DNA from: Verrucomicrobiia bacterium
GTDB taxonomy: Bacteria; Omnitrophota; Omnitrophia; Omnitrophales; Aquincolibacteriaceae
Reading direction: 5' to 3'
DNA length: 64,000 nt
Assembly (NCBI GenBank): GCA_035495615.1
Contig: DATJFP010000088.1
Span: 41,763 to 105,762, forward strand
The notes under the pieces are model-generated. The model saw only the letters and a list, made by a program, of their open reading frames with translations, did no database searches and had not been told where the DNA came from. The position numbers were made by a program, and so were the translations under genes. This document shows, in pieces, positions 57,135 through 64,000 of the stretch (position 1 is the stretch's first letter; each line of letters begins with the position of its first letter).

Positions 57135-57566
57135 TTAGCTTATGCCGGGAACTTCCTCTGGATCATTGAAATCATTGACCTTGGTTTCAAGCCAGTGATT
57201 GTAAGCATAGTCCAGAACGCGGAACTTATCCACGGGATCCATCATCAGGAAGCGGACGCCCTGATCATAGCCCTGATTACGGCCTTCTGCCGGGCAGGAC
57301 CACATCACCGTTCCGGAGGTACGGACCGGCTTGGGATCATCCGGAATGTCGATTTCCAGGTCTACCAGAGTCCCCTGTTTGAGATGGACATTGGAATTCA
57401 TCTTGATTCCCTCGCGGGACAGGTCTTTGCTTAAGCTGATGCCCTGAACTTCTTCGCTGCCGGGAGTTTTGAATTTAACGCTCATGTAAGCATCGAATCT
57501 TTTAAATTTTCTCCGCTCTTTTTCCATGAGCTCCTCCTTGTTGTTTGTCATCCTGAGGTTCTCCAT
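57135..57566 (-). CDS. PilZ-domain protein (c-di-GMP receptor family)
   Basis: 143 aa. RxxxR motif ERRKFKRF and DxSxxG motif DLSREGIKM. Confidence 0.75.
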   Translation of the reverse strand: MENLRMTNNKEELMEKERRKFKRFDAYMSVKFKTPGSEEVQGISLSKDLSREGIKMNSNVHLKQGTLVDLEIDIPDDPKPVRTSGTVMWSCPAEGRNQGYDQGVRFLMMDPVDKFRVLDYAYNHWLETKVNDFNDPEEVPGIS

Positions 57567-57744
57567 TTGATCGAGATAGACTTTTATAAGTCGTTAAAAA
57601 AACTGGGCTTACGAATAGCGTTTCCAAAATCAATCCAAATATAACACATGAATTTTTCGTTTACAAGAGCACCAAAAAAAAATCTTGGAGCTTTAACTCG
57701 AAGAATGGAAGGGACTTACAGAGCGGGGAAAGAGTTTCCAGAAA

Positions 57745-58242
57745 TCATCTAAAATTCGTAAATTGCAACGGAATGTCAGCGGTGTCCGTGGATAAGCTAT
57801 GAATAACAGCCTGTAATTCGTCTTTGCTTTTGGAGGTTACCCGGATTTCTTCTCCCTGGATGCTCGCCTGCACCTTGTAGTTGCCGTCTTTGATCTTCTT
57901 GATGATGATTTTTGCTTTGTCCTGCGGGATACCGTTTACGATAGTCGCTTCCTGCCTCAGGGTGCCCTCGAAAGCTTTTTCGGGTTCTTGGAATTGCAGG
58001 GCTTTCACAGAGATCCGGCGTGCCGCCATGCGGGTCTTCAAAATGTCCTGGAGGTTTTTTAATTTCAAATCGTCATCGGCGATCAGGCGGATTTTTTTTT
58101 CAACCTTCAAAAACTCAATGGTACTCTTGCTGCCCCGGAAATCGAACCGGTTACGGAGCTCTTTGACGGCCTGATTGACGGCATTGTCGACCTCTTGGAA
58201 GTCAACCGAGGAAACAATATCGAAGGAAAACTGCGAAGGCAT
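57745..58242 (-). CDS. yajQ: YajQ-family nucleotide-binding protein (UPF0234)
   Basis: 165 aa. MPSQFSFDIVSSVDFQEVDNAVNQAVKELRNRFDFRGSK matches the conserved YajQ N-terminus, and the length is typical. Confidence 0.9.
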   Translation of the reverse strand: MPSQFSFDIVSSVDFQEVDNAVNQAVKELRNRFDFRGSKSTIEFLKVEKKIRLIADDDLKLKNLQDILKTRMAARRISVKALQFQEPEKAFEGTLRQEATIVNGIPQDKAKIIIKKIKDGNYKVQASIQGEEIRVTSKSKDELQAVIHSLSTDTADIPLQFTNFR

Positions 58243-58251
58243 AGCGGAGCT

Positions 58252-58617
58252 TTACGGAACGTTTTTCTTGGCGAAGGATTCGATCTGTTTTTTCAGGAGA
58301 TTCTGGTTGTCGGTGTCCATGTCTTCGAACTCAATGCCGACATCATAGCGAACCTTGCGGTTACGCGAGTTGCCTACCGGAACGATCCAGACAACCTTCC
58401 CCTTACACTCGATGACTTCTTTTTTGCTCCCGAGATCAAGGCGGACCATGCAGCGGCTGAAACGTTCCAGCGAACGGTTAAGGATCACCGCAACGCCGCC
58501 GACGCCCACGTTCTCCGTCATGGAGCTGAGAGGAACGCCCTCTTCGTCGGAACGAATTTGAATTTCGCAATGCAAATTCATCCGGGGAAATTTTCTTTGA
58601 TCAAAGCCGTCCCACAT
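58252..58617 (-). CDS. PilZ-domain protein
   Basis: 121 aa. RxxxR motif QRKFPRM. N-x-G-x-x-G variant (ENVGVGGVAV) in place of D/NxSxxG. Confidence 0.7.
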   Translation of the reverse strand: MWDGFDQRKFPRMNLHCEIQIRSDEEGVPLSSMTENVGVGGVAVILNRSLERFSRCMVRLDLGSKKEVIECKGKVVWIVPVGNSRNRKVRYDVGIEFEDMDTDNQNLLKKQIESFAKKNVP

Positions 58618-58643
58618 GAGCGCCGGGTCCTCTCAAAAGGCTT

Positions 58644-59663
58644 TTAATCCAGGGTCCTGACAAAAGCATCCTGGAATGATTTCGAGGCATTGCCTTTCCG
58701 GAATTTTTCCAAATAGGTCTGAGCCTCGTCCGCGTCGGAAAACCTTCCCAAAAAAACCGAATGATAGACGCGGCCGCTGCGGCTCGAAAGGGCTTTGACA
58801 AATGCCGGGGCGCCGCTGTCTTTAATATCCTGAACAACGCGTTCCGCATCTTGTGCCGTCGCATATGTGGCGACTTGCACGACGTAGCGCTTGCCTGTTT
58901 CAGCCTCGGCTTTCGGAGCATTCGGCTCAGCCTGCGCGGCATTTTCCACCGCAGGAGCTGCGGCGGGCGCGGGCGTTTCCTGTGCGGAAGAGCGTTCTTC
59001 TTCCCCGCGGGCGCGCTCTGCGCGGGAAGCCTTGGCGGGCTTTGCAGCCTGTTTCGTAACGGTCTTTCCCGGGTTTTTCATGGCTCTTTCACGATTCACA
59101 TTCAGCACATGAATTCCGGCGAAAACAGAAATCAGCAGGGCTGCGCCGACGACGCCAAAAAACGCACGCCGTATGGCGGGACGGCGAAAGTCGACGAGTT
59201 TGACCACCTTCCACAGCGACGTGAAAAGGACGATGGCCGCTTTCAAAAGAAATTTTCCGACGGATAGCGCGAACGCCGAGAGATTAGTCCAAAAGGATTG
59301 AGGGATCGAAGGCATTTTGAAAGGCGGCTTTGAGGACTGCGGCTTATTCGCCGCCTTTTGCTGCTTGGATTTTTCCGCTTCTGCGAGCTCTTCAAGGCGG
59401 GCCATGCGGTTGTGATCGCCCTTCGGCTCTTTATTTTCCGGCCTTTGAGTCTGCGGAGCCGGCCCTGAAAAAAGATCTTTGGAAGGCTGTTCTAACGTCG
59501 CGCTTTTCTGGGAAAACCCAAGCCGTTGCATGGGTTTGTTTTGAGGCGGTGTGGACGGCAGCATCGGCGGGCGAAGTTCCCCGTAGAGCTTTTTCTGAAT
59601 GTCGTTCTCGCTTAAAGTGCGTAAACTGCCGTTGCTTTTCTTGCCCTTATTGAACAACCCCAT
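58644..59663 (-). CDS. SPOR-domain protein with a central TM segment (peptidoglycan-binding, division-site family)
   Basis: 339 aa. C-terminal SPOR pattern: RYVVQVATYATAQDAERVVQDIKDSGAPAFVKAL...YHSVFLGRFSDADEAQTYLEKFR. Hydrophobic segment: AFFGVVGAALLISVFAGIHVL. Confidence 0.8.
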   Translation of the reverse strand: MGLFNKGKKSNGSLRTLSENDIQKKLYGELRPPMLPSTPPQNKPMQRLGFSQKSATLEQPSKDLFSGPAPQTQRPENKEPKGDHNRMARLEELAEAEKSKQQKAANKPQSSKPPFKMPSIPQSFWTNLSAFALSVGKFLLKAAIVLFTSLWKVVKLVDFRRPAIRRAFFGVVGAALLISVFAGIHVLNVNRERAMKNPGKTVTKQAAKPAKASRAERARGEEERSSAQETPAPAAAPAVENAAQAEPNAPKAEAETGKRYVVQVATYATAQDAERVVQDIKDSGAPAFVKALSSRSGRVYHSVFLGRFSDADEAQTYLEKFRKGNASKSFQDAFVRTLD

Positions 59664-59680
59664 AAAGAAAGACCGTCCTT

Positions 59681-60178
59681 TTAGAAAGATTCCCCTGATT
59701 TATGGCCGTCCCTCAAGGAAAGGGTAAACTTGAGAAGCTCGATGTCCCCCAGTTGAATCTTGGCGCGCTGCACGAAACCCTTCTTTTGGCAAAGGAGAAT
59801 AGCGCCCTGCATGCGCGACGTCGTCTTGAAGACGAGTTCCTGATAGCCCACTTCCTGGCAAAATTTCAAAGCGCGCTCGAGGAGCTTCTGCCCGATCTGC
59901 TTCTTGCGGTAATCCAACGAAACGAAAAGGCGCCGGAGAAGCGCGATGCGTTCGTCTTCTTTTTTGATGGCGACCGTGCCGATGACTTTGTTGCCGTCTT
60001 CGGCAATGAAAAAAATATCGCCGATATTGCCGTAGGCCTTTTCGATCTGCTCGATATCCGTGATCGGATACGCGCCCTGATCTTCCTTAAACTCGCGCGC
60101 CATGATGGCGGTGATCAGGCCTTTAATCGCTTCCTTGTCATCTTCGCGAAAACGCCGAATGCTGACCGGTTGGCTCAT
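59681..60178 (-). CDS. GNAT-family N-acetyltransferase (start moved to internal ATG 60178)
   Basis: The track ORF begins at 60262, but its first 28 codons (MRRVLRLLPEPLLKKPKPPRRPKKPRNN) overlap the end of the better-supported upstream gene. MSQPVSIRRFRE starts at 60178, 2 nt past that gene's stop. GNAT motif: LRRLFVSLDYRKKQIGQKLLERALKFCQEVGY. Confidence 0.8.
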   Translation of the reverse strand: MSQPVSIRRFREDDKEAIKGLITAIMAREFKEDQGAYPITDIEQIEKAYGNIGDIFFIAEDGNKVIGTVAIKKEDERIALLRRLFVSLDYRKKQIGQKLLERALKFCQEVGYQELVFKTTSRMQGAILLCQKKGFVQRAKIQLGDIELLKFTLSLRDGHKSGESF

Positions 60179-60179
60179 A

Positions 60180-60461
60180 TTATTTCTTGGCTTTTTCGGC
60201 CGGCGCGGCGGCTTTGGCTTTTTCAGCAGGGGCTCCGGCAGCAGGCGCAGCACCCTTCTCACCCGCGGCAGCTTCTTTCGGACCGCCGGCAGATTTCTTC
60301 ACTTTAATCTTGATGGATTTGTACTTTGGCAGGCCGTAAACGGAAGCCTCTCCGCTCCATTTTCCGTCCGCTTCCATTTTTTTGATGCGCTCGTATTTCT
60401 TCAGCACGTTGCGGTGCTTGACGCCGACGCTGTCGACTTTAAGACTCGGATGCTGTGACAT
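60180..60461 (-). CDS. Small basic protein (SQHPSLK...RNVLKxxERI...GLPK pattern) with an Ala/Lys/Pro-rich tail
   Basis: 93 aa. AAGGAG Shine-Dalgarno 7 nt upstream of the ATG. MSQHPSLKVDSVGVKHRNVLKKYERIKKMEADGKWSGEASVYGLPKYK resembles, from memory, the 'small basic protein' family seen in PVC-group bacteria. Confidence 0.6.
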   Translation of the reverse strand: MSQHPSLKVDSVGVKHRNVLKKYERIKKMEADGKWSGEASVYGLPKYKSIKIKVKKSAGGPKEAAAGEKGAAPAAGAPAEKAKAAAPAEKAKK

Positions 60462-60726
60462 GAACTCTCCTTAGACTAAAAAATTTGGCTAATAGCAGCC
60501 ATGAGTACGGGTTGGCATTTCCGCGGCTCGGCCGCAAATCGGGAACCGCCCGGGACTTCGCATCCCTCTGAAATATCGAGGATTATACTCAATCCCTGCA
60601 CCTTTGGCTAGATGAAATTGATACTCCCAAACCGTCTTCCCGGCTCTCGAAAGTTACTCCGGATGGGGTCATTTGACGCTAAAGAGTGAAATTGCTAGTG
60701 ACGAACCGGCTAAGGACGGCCGGAGA

Positions 60727-61383
60727 TCAATGCGGCATGTTCCGGACGTACGCGTCCTGAGGGACCAGGTTTTGCACCTTTAAATTTTTGAGCAGAGAGG
60801 TTGCCGCGGACCGGCTCTCGAAAGCATTCACGCAGACTTGCAGGCTCTTGCCGCTGGGAATGACAAATCCCTGGTAGCCTTTGGTGGCCAGCTTTTCGAT
60901 ATGCTTTTGCGCCTGGGACTGGCTTTTATAGGTGACGACCTGAATCGTGTATTTGCCATCGGGCTTTGCGGCCGGCGCGGAAGCGGCTGCCGCAGGCGCA
61001 GCTTCGGCAACGGCGGCCGTCGGAGCTTCGGGTTCGGCTTTGGCAGTGGGAGCAGACGCTTCGATGGCCGGCGCAGCCGTCACGACGGCGGCCGGAGGAT
61101 TCGGAATTTGCGTGGCGTCGATAATAACGGTCTGCTGCCCTTCCGGAAGCACCGTCTTGGCGGGCTCAGCATACCGAGGGTGGATCTCACGCCCCGCGAA
61201 CTGCTTCCCTTTTTCCACGCCCATGCAGAAAACGACCGAGCTGAACACCAGCATGGCGATCATGACGATGAGTGCCTGGTCCAGGCGGATGGTGAACCGG
61301 TATTTTTCGAGGAATGCCGGACGTGTAACAGGGGTTATCGTGGATACCGATGCCGGAATTTTAAATAAGTCTGCTTGAAACAT
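60727..61383 (-). CDS. SPOR-domain protein with an N-terminal TM anchor
   Basis: 218 aa. TM segment: LDQALIVMIAMLVFSSVVFCMGV. C-terminal SPOR pattern: KYTIQVVTYKSQSQAQKHIEKLATKGYQGFVIPSGKSLQVCVNAFESRSAATSLLKNLK. Confidence 0.8.
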   Translation of the reverse strand: MFQADLFKIPASVSTITPVTRPAFLEKYRFTIRLDQALIVMIAMLVFSSVVFCMGVEKGKQFAGREIHPRYAEPAKTVLPEGQQTVIIDATQIPNPPAAVVTAAPAIEASAPTAKAEPEAPTAAVAEAAPAAAASAPAAKPDGKYTIQVVTYKSQSQAQKHIEKLATKGYQGFVIPSGKSLQVCVNAFESRSAATSLLKNLKVQNLVPQDAYVRNMPH

Positions 61384-61404
61384 AAGGCCTCCCAGTAGGA
61401 ATGA

Positions 61405-62676
61405 TTAGAACGCCTTTATGTTACGGCACAATTCCGCCAGGACATGAGCGCTTTGCCGCACTTTTCTTGCCTGGGTAGCGTAATCGACTTCGACGAGGCC
61501 AAAACGGGGCTTGAATCCGTCTGCCCATTCGAAATTATCCAGAAGCGACCAGTAGAAAAAGCCCATGACGTCCAATCCGTCCTTGCCCGCCCGTTCCAGC
61601 GCGCCCAAATGGGATTTGATGAACGCCTGGCGCTGTTCGTCCTCGTGCGCGCAGATGCCGTTTTCGCAAACCAGAACCGGAAGCCCGTACTGCTTCAGGC
61701 TCATGAGAATGCGGTAAAATCCCTCGGGATAGACTTCCCAGCCCATGGCATTGATTTCCTTGGATTCGCCCGGATGATGCTTTTCATTGCAATCTGAACC
61801 CAGCGGCGTGGGTGCGTCCCCGCCCGCCCTGACGAAATGGCGCGTGTAATAATTCACGCCGATGTAGTCCAACGTGCTCCGTGACGAAATGAATTCGCAG
61901 AAAAGCCCGGGGAAAAACAGGAAGCCATTTGTCAGCGCCTGCAAAAAAAGATGGTTGAAAAACCAGTCGCGCAAAAACGTAAACCACCGGTCTTTCACGC
62001 TCAAAGGATTGCAGGGAGTGAAATCAGACAAATGCTTGGCGATGGAAATCATGGCCCGGGTCCCCAGCGCTTCTTCGTAGTGCTGCTGCATGGCCTCGTA
62101 AGCGCCGACGTGCCCCTGGAGCAAATGGCGGAAAACTTTGACCGCGTCCGGAAAAGTTTTTTTTCCCGGGGGCCACAGTCCCGTGCAATACCCATGAAAA
62201 AGGTAAACCACCGGCTCGTTGATGGTGTTCCAGTAAGTCACGTGGCGGCCCAGGACTTCGGCCACTTTGCGGGCGTATCTTTTGAAATAACGGGGACTTT
62301 CCGGAGAAAGCCAGCCGCCCTTCTCCGCGAGCCATATCGGGTTGGTGAAGTGGTGGAGCGTCACGACCGGTTCGATCCCGAAACGACGCATCTCGAGGAT
62401 CATGTCTTCATAGTGGTGGAAGGCGCTTTCATCCCAGCGGCCTTCTTCCGGTTCGATGCGGCTCCATTCGATGGAAAAGCGGTGAGCATTATGCCCGAGC
62501 TTGGCGATCATCTCGATGTCTTTGCGGTACAGCTCGTATTGGTTGCACGCGAGTTCCGAGCAGGTCCGCACGCGGCCCGCTTTTTCAAAGGCCCACCAGT
62601 CGTTGTTCCGGTTGTTGCCTTCCACCTGGTGGGAGGAAGTCGCGGCGCCCCAGAGAAATAATTTCGATTCGGTCAT
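61405..62676 (-). CDS. Glycoside hydrolase family 1 beta-glucosidase
   Basis: 423 aa. Motifs: FLWGAATSSHQVEGNN, TLHHFTNPIW, acid/base WNTINEP, nucleophile VCENG. Confidence 0.95.
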   Translation of the reverse strand: MTESKLFLWGAATSSHQVEGNNRNNDWWAFEKAGRVRTCSELACNQYELYRKDIEMIAKLGHNAHRFSIEWSRIEPEEGRWDESAFHHYEDMILEMRRFGIEPVVTLHHFTNPIWLAEKGGWLSPESPRYFKRYARKVAEVLGRHVTYWNTINEPVVYLFHGYCTGLWPPGKKTFPDAVKVFRHLLQGHVGAYEAMQQHYEEALGTRAMISIAKHLSDFTPCNPLSVKDRWFTFLRDWFFNHLFLQALTNGFLFFPGLFCEFISSRSTLDYIGVNYYTRHFVRAGGDAPTPLGSDCNEKHHPGESKEINAMGWEVYPEGFYRILMSLKQYGLPVLVCENGICAHEDEQRQAFIKSHLGALERAGKDGLDVMGFFYWSLLDNFEWADGFKPRFGLVEVDYATQARKVRQSAHVLAELCRNIKAF

Positions 62677-62776
62677 GGATCGTTTTCTTTTTGGAGGATT
62701 CAGGAAAGACGTTTCGTACCGATTTCTTCCAGTAAAGATTCGGCCGGTCGCCTTAAAAAATGAAGGATCGAGAAGG

Positions 62777-63412
62777 CTATTCCGCTTTTTTGATCCGCTG
62801 GGGGGGCCACCAGATCAGAAAAGCTTTTCCGACGAGATTGTTGCGGGGGACAAATCCCCAGCTCCGGCTGTCCGCGGAATGCGCGGAGTTGTCGCCCAGG
62901 ACGAAATAACTGTCTTCGGGAACGCGGATGACTTCGTTTTCGAGCCCGAGCCGGCCTTCCTTGACATTGTAATAATAATTCTTGGTGAAGACCTTGTCGT
63001 CGAGGACCTTGCCGTTGATGACGATCTTGCCGTCCTTGATCTCCACCGCTTCGCCAGGCAGTCCGACGAGCCGTTTGACAAAGTCTTTCTTTTTGTCGAG
63101 CGGGTACTTGAAGACAATGATGTCGCCGCGTTCCGGAGGACGGAACCGGTAGCTGATCTTGTCGACGAAAATGCGGTCACCCACAAGGAATGTGGGAATC
63201 ATGGATCCCGTGGGGATCTTGTAGGGACCGAGCAGGAACGTGCGGATCAGGACGGCGAGCACCGCGGCAACCAGGAACGGCTCGCCCCAATTCTTCCATT
63301 TGTCGAAAAGCCATTCTCGCCGGCGCGTCTGGAAACCGCGCCATTCTTCGGCGAGTTTGTGGCGGTAAAGGATGAGAAGACCCAGGGCCGCCAGAGCAAT
63401 CCAAATGATCAT
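62777..63412 (-). CDS. lepB: Signal peptidase I
   Basis: 211 aa. Catalytic Ser box TGSMIPTFLVGDRIFV, Lys box FVKRLVGLPGE, GDNSAHSADSRSWGFVP. The start ATG (63412-63410) overlaps the lepA stop TGA (63411-63409). Confidence 0.95.
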   Translation of the reverse strand: MIIWIALAALGLLILYRHKLAEEWRGFQTRRREWLFDKWKNWGEPFLVAAVLAVLIRTFLLGPYKIPTGSMIPTFLVGDRIFVDKISYRFRPPERGDIIVFKYPLDKKKDFVKRLVGLPGEAVEIKDGKIVINGKVLDDKVFTKNYYYNVKEGRLGLENEVIRVPEDSYFVLGDNSAHSADSRSWGFVPRNNLVGKAFLIWWPPQRIKKAE

Positions 63413-64000
63413 GTGTCCACCTTGAGGACGGTGATAAAGGCTTCCTGAGGCAGATCAATCCGCCCCACCTTCTTCATCCGCTTCTTGCCTTCCTTTTGTT
63501 TTTCCCAGAGCTTGCGCTTGCGTGTGATGTCGCCGCCATAGCACTTGCTGGTCACATTCTTTTTCAGCGGCCCAATCGATTCGCGCGCGATGATCTTGCT
63601 GCCGACTGCGGCCTGGATCACGACCTCGAAGAGCTGCCTTGGGATCACTTCCTTCAATTTCTCGGCCAGTATCTTCCCGCGCTGGTAGGCCCTTTCCCGG
63701 ACCACGATGCTCGAAAGCGCGTCCACGGGCTCGTCATTGATCAAGATGTCGAGCTTCACCAGCTTGGATTCCTGCGGCTTGATGAAATCATAATTCAGCG
63801 AGCCGTAGCCCGACGTCGCAGATTTGATTTTATCATAAAAATCCATGACGACTTCGGCAAAAGGAATTTCGTAGATGAGCATGACACGCGTCTGGTCCAG
63901 ATATTCCGTGCTCTTATAAATTCCGCGCCGGTCCTGGCATAATTGCATGATGATGCCGATGTTGGCAACAGGAATAATAATGTTGGCGCGGATGAAGGGC
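63409..64000 (-). CDS. lepA: Elongation factor 4 (LepA), C-terminal part; 5' end lies outside the window
   Basis: Hand translation keeps the frame open to coordinate 64000 (…PFIRANIIIPVANIGIIMQLCQDRRGI…). C-terminal LepA signature: KCYGGDITRKRKLWEKQKEGKKRMKKVGRIDLPQEAFITVLKVD. It shows the classical lepA-lepB order. Confidence 0.95.
   Translation of the reverse strand, partial: PFIRANIIIPVANIGIIMQLCQDRRGIYKSTEYLDQTRVMLIYEIPFAEVVMDFYDKIKSATSGYGSLNYDFIKPQESKLVKLDILINDEPVDALSSIVVRERAYQRGKILAEKLKEVIPRQLFEVVIQAAVGSKIIARESIGPLKKNVTSKCYGGDITRKRKLWEKQKEGKKRMKKVGRIDLPQEAFITVLKVDT

Noticed and set aside
59681-60262. The GNAT start at 60262 as given in the track.
   Set aside because: The extension overlaps the small basic protein gene by 83 nt and encodes a Pro/Lys/Arg-rich stretch untypical of GNAT N-termini. 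The ATG at 60178 gives a compact, coupled arrangement.
60520-60580. A faint resemblance to a c-di-GMP-I (GEMM) riboswitch core: GCAAATC...GGGAC...GCATCC on the plus strand.
   Set aside because: The match to the conserved GGCAAACC / GGGACGCAAAGCC elements is poor. It is on the plus strand, where no downstream gene exists, and the minus-strand reading does not resemble the motif.

Overview
Every gene I can support in this 64-kb window lies on the minus strand. Coordinates 1-48530 (76% of the window) are one uninterrupted minus-strand reading frame. It starts at ATG 48530 and runs off the window at coordinate 1 without a stop, giving at least 16,176 codons. The supplied ORF track does not list it, apparently because it has no stop inside the window. 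The track instead shows 14 long plus-strand ORFs (165..48656), all in one register. These are codon-aligned antisense shadows of the real gene, with Arg/Ala/Gly/Val/His/Phe-rich nonsense translations. Hand translation of the minus frame gives a signal-anchor N-terminus and a large alpha-helical repeat field that includes 7 near-identical 501-bp tandem units. It also gives at least five separate hydrophobic/transmembrane regions, one of them a roughly 4.2-kb polytopic membrane core. Several enzyme-like modules are embedded: PP2C-like, CCA-adding/polyA-polymerase-like nucleotidyltransferase, DUF89-like, degenerate GGDEF-like, and a cytidylate-kinase-like P-loop at the window edge. The bulk of the giant gene is about 60-70% GC by hand counts. 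Its first ~1.5 kb and all neighbouring genes are about 43-53% GC. Upstream on the same strand (48.8-64 kb) are ordinary genes. In map order from 64 kb they are lepA (partial), lepB, a GH1 beta-glucosidase, two SPOR-domain proteins, a small basic protein, a GNAT, a PilZ-YajQ-PilZ-cNMP/patatin second-messenger effector run, an acyl-CoA ligase, an alpha/beta hydrolase, tRNA-Ala(CGC), and a REC-HK-REC two-component cluster that abuts the giant gene. All translations were done by hand at spot-checked positions. Domain calls rest on motif recognition, not on searches.
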